From contig CAVSZB010000003.1 in NCBI GenBank assembly GCA_963732385.1, positions 288,985 to 352,984 of the forward strand: DNA of 64,000 nucleotides, given 5' to 3'. The notes beneath the pieces were generated by a model, which saw nothing but the letters and a program-made list of their open reading frames with translations, had not been told where the DNA came from and made no database searches. This DNA is from an uncultured bacterium (GTDB lineage: Bacteria; Krumholzibacteriota; Krumholzibacteriia; LZORAL124-64-63). The position numbers were made by a program, and so were the translations under genes. Positions 9,796 to 21,287 of this stretch are shown here, one piece after another; within the stretch, counting starts at the first letter, position 1; every line of letters begins with the position of its first letter.

Positions 9796-11556
9796 ATGAC
9801 ACATCACGACAGACTTGCGTTGCCGCCCCGCCTGGCTCTGCTGCTGCTGGCCGGCCTGGGGCTGATCGCGCTGGCCGGCTGCGCGGAGCGCGACGTCGAT
9901 CCCGATTTCGGCGCCCATCCCGCGGACTGGAACCGGACCGCCTCGCCCGATTTCCACGGCGAATACGTGAAGGCGAGGGGGCTGACCTCCTGCCGGAGTT
10001 GCCATGCGTTCGACCTGCACGGCACCGCCGACGTTCCGGGTTGCTACGCCTGCCACGACGGGCCTGGCGGGCATCCGGTCGGATGGTCTGCGGCGCAGGC
10101 TCATGGCGTCGAGGTGAGCACGAACGGTTCGTCCACCTGCGCCGTCTGTCATGGCGATGACTACCGCGGGGGCTGGAGCGGCGTCTCCTGCTACACCTGT
10201 CACGACGGCCCCACCGGCGCCCATCCCGACGGGTGGGCCGACGCGAGCCAGCACGGCGTCTTCGTGCACGACAACAGCGCCTCGTCGTGCACCATGTGTC
10301 ACGGTGCCGACTACCTCGGCGGCACGAGCGGAATCTCCTGCTTCACCTGCCACGACGGGCCGGGCGGCCATCCGGTCGACTGGGCTCTGCGCGTCAATCA
10401 CGGGGCGGACGTCGTTGCGAACGGCTCCACCTCCTGCACCGCCTGCCACGGCGCCGACTATCTGGGCGGCTGGAGCACCGTCTCCTGCTACAGCTGCCAC
10501 GACGGCCCCACCGGCGCCCACCCCGACGGCTGGGCCGACCCGGCGCAGCACGGCGTCTTCGTGCGCGACAACAGCGCCTCGTCGTGCACGACGTGCCACG
10601 GCGCCGACTACCTCGGCGGCACGAGCGGAATCTCCTGCTACACCTGTCACGACGGTCCGGGCGGCCATCCGGTCGACTGGGCGCTGCGCGTCAATCACGG
10701 GGCGGATGTCGTCGCCAACGGCTCCACCTCCTGCACCTCCTGCCACGGCGCCGACTACCTGGGTGGATGGAGCACCGTCTCCTGCTACACCTGTCACGAC
10801 GGCCCCACCGGCGCCCATCCCGACGGGTGGGCCGACGCGAGCCAGCACGGCGTCTTCGTGCGCGACAACAGCGCCTCGTCGTGCACGACGTGCCACGGCG
10901 CCGACTACCTCGGCGGCACGAGCGGAATCTCCTGCTACACCTGTCACGACGGTCCGGGCGGCCATCCGGTCGACTGGGCGCTGCGCGTCAATCACGGGGC
11001 GGATGTCGTCGCCAACGGCTCCACCTCCTGCACCTCCTGCCACGGCGCCGACTACCTGGGTGGATGGAGCACCGTCTCCTGCTACACCTGTCACGACGGC
11101 CCCACCGGCTCTCACCCCGACGGGTGGGCCGACCCGGCGCAGCATGGCGCGGCGGTCCGCTTGAGCGGCGCTTCATCCTGCACGTCATGTCACGGCGCGG
11201 ATTATTTCGGCGGCACGAGCGGGGTGTCGTGCTTCACCTGCCACGACGGCCCGGGCGGCCATCTGGTCGGCTGGGTCGATCCCGCCAACCACGGCATTGC
11301 GGTGGTGAACGAAAGCGCCCTCGACTGCCGGACCTGCCACGGCACCGACTACAGCGGCGGCTGGAGCACGATCTCCTGCTACACCTGCCACGACGGCCCG
11401 GGTGGCCACCCCGTGAACTGGCGGCGGAGGTCCCTGCACGGAGTCTACGCCGACACATACGGCACCCACGAGTGCGCGGCGTGCCACGGGCAGGACTTCC
11501 GTGGCAGCTGGACCGGCGTTTCCTGCTACCAGTGCCACGACGGGCCCAATCCCTGA
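9796..11556 (+). CDS. Lipoprotein multiheme c-type cytochrome with 22 CXXCH motifs arranged as repeated paired-CXXCH modules.
   Basis: Lipobox LAGC. Repeated modules of the form SCT(S/T)CHGADYLGG(W/T)S.(V/I)SCYTCHDGP(T/G)G.HP. There is a GGAGG RBS 9 nt upstream of the ATG. It starts 6 bp after the stop of the preceding cytochrome gene. Confidence 0.85.
   Translation: MTHHDRLALPPRLALLLLAGLGLIALAGCAERDVDPDFGAHPADWNRTASPDFHGEYVKARGLTSCRSCHAFDLHGTADVPGCYACHDGPGGHPVGWSAAQAHGVEVSTNGSSTCAVCHGDDYRGGWSGVSCYTCHDGPTGAHPDGWADASQHGVFVHDNSASSCTMCHGADYLGGTSGISCFTCHDGPGGHPVDWALRVNHGADVVANGSTSCTACHGADYLGGWSTVSCYSCHDGPTGAHPDGWADPAQHGVFVRDNSASSCTTCHGADYLGGTSGISCYTCHDGPGGHPVDWALRVNHGADVVANGSTSCTSCHGADYLGGWSTVSCYTCHDGPTGAHPDGWADASQHGVFVRDNSASSCTTCHGADYLGGTSGISCYTCHDGPGGHPVDWALRVNHGADVVANGSTSCTSCHGADYLGGWSTVSCYTCHDGPTGSHPDGWADPAQHGAAVRLSGASSCTSCHGADYFGGTSGVSCFTCHDGPGGHLVGWVDPANHGIAVVNESALDCRTCHGTDYSGGWSTISCYTCHDGPGGHPVNWRRRSLHGVYADTYGTHECAACHGQDFRGSWTGVSCYQCHDGPNP
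10201..11100 (+). repeat. Intragenic tandem repeat with period 297 bp (99 aa, 4 heme motifs per unit). There are three near-identical copies, with diverged copies on both flanks.
   Basis: The unit cacgacggccccaccggcgcccatcccgacgggtgggcc... recurs at 10201, 10498, 10795 and (diverged) 11092. Copies 2 and 3 are almost identical at the nucleotide level. Confidence 0.8.
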
Positions 11557-11614
11557 CGCACGGCGGCGGCGGCGTGTCCCGATCACGGACGCGCCGCCGC
11601 CGGTCGCCGCGTCC

Positions 11615-12622
11615 CTAGAAGTCGGCGTCCAGCACCACCCGATAGCGTGCCTTTCCCGCGTGGAGATGCGCCACCGCGTCGTTCACCCGGCTCATCGGGA
11701 AGTGCTCCGTCACCGGCGCGATGCCGTGGCGCGCGCAGAAGTCGAGCATTCTGCGCGTGGTCGCGGGGGAGCCGAGCGGGGAACCGGAGATGCTCTTCTG
11801 CCCGCCGATCAGTGTGAACGCCGGCACCGGGATCGGCGACGGCACCACGCCAACGGTGTGCAGGCGTCCCTTCGGCGCCAGCGCGGCGAGGTACTGACCC
11901 CAGTCGAGATCCACGTTCACGGTCGAGAGGATGAAGTCGAACGAGCCGGCGAGCTTCTCCAGCTCGCCCGCCTGGCGCGAGTTCACGACGTGGTGCGCGC
12001 CCATGGTGACCGCTTCGTCGCGCTTGGCGTCGTGCGACGTGAAGGCAGTCACCTCGCAGCCCCACCGGTTCAGGAACTGCAGCGCGAGGTGGCCCAGACC
12101 TCCGATGCCGATCACGCCGACGCGGTCGGTCGGCTGCACGCCGCACTGCACGATCGGATTGAACACGGTGATGCCGCCGCAGAACAGCGGGCCGGCCCTG
12201 CGCGCATCGAGGCCGGCCGGCAGACGGATCGCCCACTCCGCCCGGCAGCGCACCTTGTCGGCGAAGCCTCCGTAGCGGCCGACGATGGTCTGCTCGCCGT
12301 GGCCGCAGAGATTGTGGTCTCCGCTCATGCACTGGTCGCAGGTCAGACAGCTCCCGCTGTACCAGCCGAGGCCGACCGTATCGCCGGCTGCGACGCTCGT
12401 GACGTGCGCGCCGATTGCGGCCACCCTGCCGATGACCTCGTGCCCTGGCACGAGGGGGTAGGCGGACATGTGCCAGTCGTTGGCGAGCATCGACAGGTCC
12501 GAGTGACACAAGCCGCAGGCCTGGACGTCGATTTCGACCTGGTCCGGCCCGAGAGGACCGGGGTCGTACTCGAAGGCCCGTAGCTGATCCCCTGCCTTGT
12601 GCGCGGCATATGCCCTGATCAT
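11615..12622 (-). CDS. Zinc-dependent, NAD(P)-dependent alcohol dehydrogenase (MDR family; YahK/cinnamyl-alcohol-dehydrogenase-like).
   Basis: MIRAYAAHKAGDQL...CGLCHSDLS...GHEVIG...CGHGEQ...GVIGIGGLGHLALQF has the catalytic and structural Zn ligands and a Rossmann GxGxxG fold. Confidence 0.85.
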   Translation of the reverse strand: MIRAYAAHKAGDQLRAFEYDPGPLGPDQVEIDVQACGLCHSDLSMLANDWHMSAYPLVPGHEVIGRVAAIGAHVTSVAAGDTVGLGWYSGSCLTCDQCMSGDHNLCGHGEQTIVGRYGGFADKVRCRAEWAIRLPAGLDARRAGPLFCGGITVFNPIVQCGVQPTDRVGVIGIGGLGHLALQFLNRWGCEVTAFTSHDAKRDEAVTMGAHHVVNSRQAGELEKLAGSFDFILSTVNVDLDWGQYLAALAPKGRLHTVGVVPSPIPVPAFTLIGGQKSISGSPLGSPATTRRMLDFCARHGIAPVTEHFPMSRVNDAVAHLHAGKARYRVVLDADF

Positions 12623-12769
12623 GAGCACTCCTTCATTGGCCGGCGACACGCCGGACCCCGGGAATCGCGGCCTGTTCCGCCGCGCGCGAAGTTTGGCACA
12701 GGGATAGGCGTGAAAGGGATTTTCCGCACCCACTCGCAGCAGGCACGTTCGCCGGGAACATTTTGGACA

Positions 12770-12865
12770 AAATATAACAAATAATTACGGACAAAATTCT
12801 CAAATATTCAGCTTGACATTATTTTATAATGCGTTTAATTTCAGGCCAGCACGGACGCTGAATGT
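12770..12865. promoter_or_regulatory. Strongly AT-rich intergenic island with TTGACA and TATAAT-like hexamers; candidate promoter for the fic-like gene.
   Basis: aaatataacaaataattacggacaaaattctcaaatattcagcttgacattattttataatgcgtttaatttcagg. The spacing between the best hexamers is not canonical, so the exact -35/-10 assignment is uncertain. Confidence 0.3.
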
Positions 12866-14023
12866 ATGCGGCAATATATGGAATATAACAGTGGACATTC
12901 ATGGCTGGACCTTCGCGTAGACCTGAAGGTGGCCGCGCCACAGTTCTGGTTGCTGCTGGGCGAGGCGCAGGCGAGGTGTTCCCAGATCTCCGGCGCTCCA
13001 CTGCGGCCTGACGCCGCGGAGGAGATTGGACGGATCCAGACGGCCAGGTTTTTGTTGGCCGGAGCGGCGATCACGGGCAACACGATCACGGACGATGAAG
13101 TTTTCCGGCATCTGGATGGCCGGCTCGATCCTGCGCCCCCCCAGCGGCCCTTACCCACCACCCTGGTTTCTCTCCTCGCCGCCCGGACGAGTATCTTCGA
13201 GGCGGTTGCGCGGGGCGAGCCGGCCGAGGTCACCCCGGAGCTGCTGACGGCCCTGAATGGGCTCGCGCTCGCCGGCGTCACGGTCGGGGAGCCTGGAGCG
13301 CGGCGCCGGGACGACACGCCGCCGCCGGCAGGGACCGCCGGGCCTCGCGATGCCGGGCCGCCTGCGGGCGACCTCCCCGCCGTGCTGGAGCGGCTCTGTG
13401 CGTGGCTCAATGCGCCGCGGCCCGGCCCGCCGCTTGTCGTGGCGATCATGAGGGCGTTCCTGGCTCACCTGCACGTGGCGTGGATCCGGCCCTTCGCGGA
13501 CGGCAACGGCCGTACTGCCCGCCTCGTCGAATTGCATGTCCTCGCGCACGCGGGCGTGCCGTCGCCGGCCGTAACGCTGCCCCTGATCTTCCACGCCCGC
13601 GATCGGGAGGAGTACTTCCGCCAGATCGAGCGCGCCCGGCGTTCGCCGTCGGGGGCGGTCAATTTCGTGCAGCACTCGACGCTCGGATTCGTGGAGGAGC
13701 TGCGCGATCTGGAGGCGACGCTCGCCGCACGGCAGCGCGAAGCAACCTGGCGGCACCACGTCGAGGCCGCCTTCGGCGACCGCCCAGGCAAGGCGGCGCG
13801 ACGCCAGAAGCAGTTGCTGCTCGATCTCGGAGCGGCCGGCGGCCCTGTGGCGACCTCGCGCGCCAGGGCGGCCGGCCCCGAAACCGCGCTCGCCTACCTT
13901 CACCTCAATGAGAAGACCGTGCGTCGGGACCTGTCCGAACTGGCGGCCCGCGGCCTGGTCGAGCGCGTACGGGGCGGCTGGCGCGTCCGGGGCGGCAGTC
14001 TGGCCCCATGGTCCCGGGGCTGA
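12866..14023 (+). CDS. Fic/Doc-family protein with a C-terminal winged-helix domain. The Fic motif is non-canonical (Arg in place of the catalytic His).
   Basis: The core motif is IRPFADGNGRTARL, where the canonical form is HPFx(D/E)GNGRxxR. The C-terminus (LNEKTVRRDLSELAARGLVERV) resembles a wHTH. The start could be 12866 or 12878. Confidence 0.7.
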   Translation: MRQYMEYNSGHSWLDLRVDLKVAAPQFWLLLGEAQARCSQISGAPLRPDAAEEIGRIQTARFLLAGAAITGNTITDDEVFRHLDGRLDPAPPQRPLPTTLVSLLAARTSIFEAVARGEPAEVTPELLTALNGLALAGVTVGEPGARRRDDTPPPAGTAGPRDAGPPAGDLPAVLERLCAWLNAPRPGPPLVVAIMRAFLAHLHVAWIRPFADGNGRTARLVELHVLAHAGVPSPAVTLPLIFHARDREEYFRQIERARRSPSGAVNFVQHSTLGFVEELRDLEATLAARQREATWRHHVEAAFGDRPGKAARRQKQLLLDLGAAGGPVATSRARAAGPETALAYLHLNEKTVRRDLSELAARGLVERVRGGWRVRGGSLAPWSRG

Positions 14024-14143
14024 GCGTCTGCCGCTCAAGCCAAGTCGCAATTTGACGAATACTTCCCTGTCATGGTCTCGAAACACCACATGGGGAGTGC
14101 GGGAACGTTGCGTCCACGGGGCAGGCGCCTATTTACGCCTGTT

Positions 14144-15379
14144 ATGGCTGAGGCGCGCGCGGCGCCGCTCGTGGCGCTGGCCGTTGCGCTGGCGGCGTTG
14201 GCCGGCGCATCCACCGCGTGGACAGCCCAGGAGCCCGCGGACAAGGATCCTGCCCTCTATTACTACCTCATCGCCGCGCCGACCGATGTGCGCGCCGTGG
14301 ACCATCCGAACGACAACGGCGGCACGATCATTGTCACCTGGACCCTCTCGGTCAATGACACCCCGGACGGCGGGATTGTCAGCGGCTATGTCGTTCGTCG
14401 GGCGCGGTCCGTGAACGGGCCCTATGAGGACGTGGGACAGACCACCGCGCGCTCCGACCGCTACATCGATTCGTCGGCGGGAATCAGCGTCCCGTTCTTC
14501 TACCGGGTCGATGCGCTGGCGGACGGCGTTGCGAGCCCTTCCGATCCCGTGGGGCCGGTCGTCTCGAGCTACCAGTGGTTCAACTGGGATCGCCTCAACC
14601 TCGCCGTACTGAGTTTGCTGCTTTCGGGCGCCGTGCTCTGGTGGGTGGATGCGCTGAAACGGGGGCGCACCGTAACCGTCCGCCGAATTCCTGGTCTCGA
14701 GGCGATTGGCGAGGCGGTCGGGCGTGCCACGGAAATGGGTCGCCCGATCCTGTTCGTGCCGGGGCTGCAGGACATGGACGACATGCAGACGGTCGCCGCC
14801 ATCACGATCCTCGGGCGGGTGGCCGCCATGACCGCGGAGTACGACGCGCACCTCGAAGTGCCGACCACGCGCTCGCTTGTCATGACCGCGGCCCGCGACG
14901 CGGTGCAGCGGGCCTGCCTGGGCGCGGGCCGTCCGGACGCCTTCAATCCGGAGTCGATCTACTACGTGACCAACGAACAGTTCGGGTACGTCGCCGCGAT
15001 CAACGGCGTGATCTGCCGCGATCGTCCCGCGACCTGTCTCTACTTCGGCGCCTTCTTCGCGGAATCGCTCATCCTGTCCGAGACCGGTCGCGGCGTGGGC
15101 GCCGTGCAGATCGCGGGAACTGCGGAGACGGCGCAGGTTCCGTTCTTCCTGGCCGCGTGCGACTACGTGCTGATCGGCGAGGAGTTCTACGCCGCGTCGG
15201 CCTATCTCTCGGGCGATCCCCGGCAGCTCGGCAGCCTGAAGGGGCAGGACACCGGCAAGGTGTTCGCGGCGGCCGCGATCGTGCTCGGCTGCCTGCTGGC
15301 GACCGCGGCCTCGCTGACCGGTTCGCGAACTTTGGAAGCCCTGGCCGGCGCGGTGCGCGCCGTATTCCGCACGCAATAG
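14144..15379 (+). CDS. Membrane protein with signal peptide, FN3-like ectodomain, one TM helix and a ~230 aa cytoplasmic domain; function unknown. It is the first gene of a four-gene membrane operon.
   Basis: MAEARAAPLVALAVALAALAGASTAWTAQEP signal peptide. IVTWTLS...GYVVRR...FFYRVDAL has an FN3-like pattern. The TM helix is LAVLSLLLSGAVLWWV. The track ORF starts at 14072; the true start is uncertain. Confidence 0.45.
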   Translation: MAEARAAPLVALAVALAALAGASTAWTAQEPADKDPALYYYLIAAPTDVRAVDHPNDNGGTIIVTWTLSVNDTPDGGIVSGYVVRRARSVNGPYEDVGQTTARSDRYIDSSAGISVPFFYRVDALADGVASPSDPVGPVVSSYQWFNWDRLNLAVLSLLLSGAVLWWVDALKRGRTVTVRRIPGLEAIGEAVGRATEMGRPILFVPGLQDMDDMQTVAAITILGRVAAMTAEYDAHLEVPTTRSLVMTAARDAVQRACLGAGRPDAFNPESIYYVTNEQFGYVAAINGVICRDRPATCLYFGAFFAESLILSETGRGVGAVQIAGTAETAQVPFFLAACDYVLIGEEFYAASAYLSGDPRQLGSLKGQDTGKVFAAAAIVLGCLLATAASLTGSRTLEALAGAVRAVFRTQ

Positions 15380-15388
15380 GGGGCGGAA

Positions 15389-16063
15389 ATGCAGAGAGCG
15401 GTGCCGTTCGCCATCACCTTCGTCACGGCTTTCGTGCTGCTGTGGGCTGTCGTCGTGCCGCCGATGAACCAGATCCGCGAGGAGTTCGTGCTGTTCTTCG
15501 ACATCCTGGCCGCGTTCGCCTTCCTGCTCGGCGGCGCCAGTCTGCTCGGACGTCATGGGGGCAAGATCCGCCGACGGGCGCGGGGCTGGGGCTTCTCGGC
15601 GGTCTGCCTGGGCGCGTTTCTGCTGACGCTGATCGTGGGGCTGCTGAAGGTCGGCGGGGATGGCGGTCTGGCCGGATCGGTCACCGCCGAGGGCAGCGTG
15701 CTCGGCTGGATCTACGAGTACGTGTTCGGCCCCTGCGATGCTTCGCTCATCAGCCTGCTGGCCTTCTATGTCGCCTCAGCGTCGTTCCGCGCCTTCCGCG
15801 TGCGCAATGCCGAGGCGACAGTGATGCTGATCACGGCGTTCATCGTTCTGCTGGGGAGGACGTTCCTTGGCGGCGTGGCCACGGACTGGCTGCCGGCGGA
15901 GCTGGCGCCCCTGAAGATCCCCAGCCTGGTGCAGTGGATCATGTCGGTGCCGGTTACCGCAGGGAACCGGGCGATCATGATCGGCATCGCCCTGGGCATC
16001 ATCTCCACGAGCCTGAAGGTCATGCTCGGCATCGACCGCACCTATCTCGGGGAGGATGCCTGA
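15389..16063 (+). CDS. Polytopic membrane protein, function unknown (operon gene 2).
   Basis: Hydrophobic helices throughout (FAITFVTAFVLLWAVVV, ILAAFAFLLGGASLL, AVCLGAFLLTLIVGLL...). It starts 9 bp after the gene 1 stop. Confidence 0.45.
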   Translation: MQRAVPFAITFVTAFVLLWAVVVPPMNQIREEFVLFFDILAAFAFLLGGASLLGRHGGKIRRRARGWGFSAVCLGAFLLTLIVGLLKVGGDGGLAGSVTAEGSVLGWIYEYVFGPCDASLISLLAFYVASASFRAFRVRNAEATVMLITAFIVLLGRTFLGGVATDWLPAELAPLKIPSLVQWIMSVPVTAGNRAIMIGIALGIISTSLKVMLGIDRTYLGEDA

Positions 16064-16946
16064 GATGAGATCGCGGGGGTCACCTGAAGTCGAGGGCGTG
16101 GTCGGACGCCGCGTGATCTACGTCCTGATGCTGATGTCGGTGATCGCGCCGATGGTCTGGGGCGTCAGCTTCAGGGAGCGCCCGTCGGCCATGACACGCG
16201 ACATCTTCGCCGCGATCGAAGCGCTGCCGCCCGGATCGCGCGTTGTGTTGTCCTATGACTTCGATCCCGCCTCCGAGCCGGAGATGAAGCCGATGGGCGA
16301 CGCCCTCTCGCGACATCTCGCGCTCAAGCAGGCCCGGATCTTCTACCTGACCCTGTGGCCGCTGGGCCAGGGCGAGATCGACATGGTGACGCGGCGCGTG
16401 CTGGCGACGGAGTACCCCGAATACCGCTACGGCACGGACTACGTGAACCTCGGCTTCATGAGCGGCAACGAGGGTGTGATCTCCGTCGCCATGACTGACC
16501 TGAAGAAGGGCTTCCCCACGGACGTGCACAACGCCAGCACGAGTGCGGACGACCGGCTGCCGATCATGCGTGGCATAGACAACCTGCGCAACATGGACCT
16601 GATCGTGGATGTAGCCGCGGGCTACCCCGGGCTGCGCGAGTGGATCCAGTACGCGGCCGTGCCGGGCCAGATCCCGATCATCGGCGGTTCTTCGGCCGTG
16701 AAGTCGCCGGAGCTGTTCCCCTATGTGCCGACGCAGTGCCTGGGCATCCTCGCGGGAATCAAGGGAGCGGCGGAGTACGAACAGTTGCTGCTCGACCGTT
16801 ATCCGCACTTCGACCGGCCCGATTCGCGCGTCGCCATCGAGCGCATGGGGCCGCAGACCGTGGCGCATCTTGTGGTGATGCTGCTGATCGTCGTCGGCAA
16901 TGTGATCCACCTCACGCGCCGTCGCCGGGAGGGGGAGGCCGCATGA
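16056..16946 (+). CDS. Bitopic membrane protein with a large soluble domain, function unknown (operon gene 3).
   Basis: N-terminal TM (VIYVLMLMSVIAPMVWGV), a central soluble region, and a C-terminal TM (VAHLVVMLLIVVGNVI). It overlaps the gene 2 stop. Confidence 0.45.
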   Translation: MPEMRSRGSPEVEGVVGRRVIYVLMLMSVIAPMVWGVSFRERPSAMTRDIFAAIEALPPGSRVVLSYDFDPASEPEMKPMGDALSRHLALKQARIFYLTLWPLGQGEIDMVTRRVLATEYPEYRYGTDYVNLGFMSGNEGVISVAMTDLKKGFPTDVHNASTSADDRLPIMRGIDNLRNMDLIVDVAAGYPGLREWIQYAAVPGQIPIIGGSSAVKSPELFPYVPTQCLGILAGIKGAAEYEQLLLDRYPHFDRPDSRVAIERMGPQTVAHLVVMLLIVVGNVIHLTRRRREGEAA

Positions 16947-17722
16947 CCCGCCGCCTGGCGATCGCCATCGTTTCATTGTCACTGCTGCTGCTGGTGCTGA
17001 TTCGCGCCTCCACGGGCGCGATGGCCAACCCCTTCAACGATCCGCGCGCCCTCGGCTCCTGGACGGCTGCTTTCTTCACGCTTTGCATGCTGAGTTTCCT
17101 GTACGGGGATAATCCGTTCTTCCGTTTCGCCGAGCACGTTTTCGTGGGCGTATCGGCCGCCTACTGGATGATCATGGCGTTCTGGCGGGCGATCGTGCCC
17201 AACCTGCTCGGCAACCTCGCGCCGGAAATTCCCGTGGCGATGTTCGGCATGGAACTTCCGCTCGACGTTCCGCTTACGCAGCGGCTTACTTACGTAGTGC
17301 CGCTGGCGCTGGGCCTGATGCTGCTGGCGCGCTTCCTGCCGCGCGGGCGCGTCTTCAGCACCTGGGCTCTGGCCTTCACTGTCGGCGCGACGGCCGGCCT
17401 GCGCCTGGTCGGCTACCTGGGCACCGATTTCATGGCGCAGATCAGCAACAGCCTGCAGCCGCTGATCGTCCTGCGGGACGGCGGCTTCGATTTCGGGCGG
17501 ACCTTTTCCGTGGTGATTCTCACCGGCGGCCTGCTCTGCAGTCTGGCATATTTCTACTTCAGCCGCGAACGGCGGGGGGCACTGGGCGTGGCCAGCCGCA
17601 TCGGCATCTGGGTGCTTATGGTGACGTTTGGCGCCGGGTTCGGCTTCACCGTCATGGGTCGCGTCGCCCTGCTCGTGGGCCGCATGGAATTCCTGCTGCG
17701 CGACTGGCTGAAGGTCCTCTGA
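16944..17722 (+). CDS. Polytopic membrane protein, function unknown (operon gene 4).
   Basis: Its ATG overlaps the gene 3 stop (ATGA). Multiple TM helices (LAIAIVSLSLLLLVLI, WTAAFFTLCMLSFLY, ...). The track ORF 16640..17722 is the same frame over-extended. Confidence 0.45.
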
Positions 17723-17784
17723 GCAGGGCTTCCGCCGGCATCAAACACGGGCATGAGAACCGGCGGCCGATTCCCACAAGTGAA

Positions 17785-17807
17785 CCGGCCCCGTAAAACG
17801 GGGCCGG
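17785..17807. terminator. Perfect 9 bp stem / 5 nt loop hairpin (ccggccccg-taaaa-cggggccgg) between convergent operons; putative bidirectional terminator.
   Basis: Read directly. It lies between the end of the plus-strand membrane operon (17722) and the end of the minus-strand RND gene (17961). There is no U-tract. Confidence 0.4.
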
Positions 17808-17960
17808 CCCGGGCGGCAAGTCGGTGGGGGTTTGGAGGGAGGATACCGACCTGGCCGCGTTTCCAATTGTTGGTCAAAGAAGAGTCATTGTCCTCCGCTG
17901 AGCAGGGGCTCCCCCGCAACTGTCTGACAATATATCCAGCACGGCATTCGAGAGCAAAGT

Positions 17961-21286
<3,326 letters not shown>

Positions 21287-21287
<1 letters not shown>

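Noticed and set aside
10201-11100. Possible CRISPR array, suggested by regular direct repeats.
   Set aside because: The period is 297 bp with no unique spacers. The repeats are in-frame coding modules (CXXCH pairs) of a cytochrome gene. No cas genes are present.
9547-11145. 532-aa minus-strand ORF (Gly/Ala/Val-rich) antisense to the multiheme cytochrome gene.
   Set aside because: It lies entirely within the 297 bp tandem repeats on the opposite strand of a well-supported, motif-dense CDS. Its low-complexity composition is typical of a high-GC antisense frame, and there is no RBS or start context.
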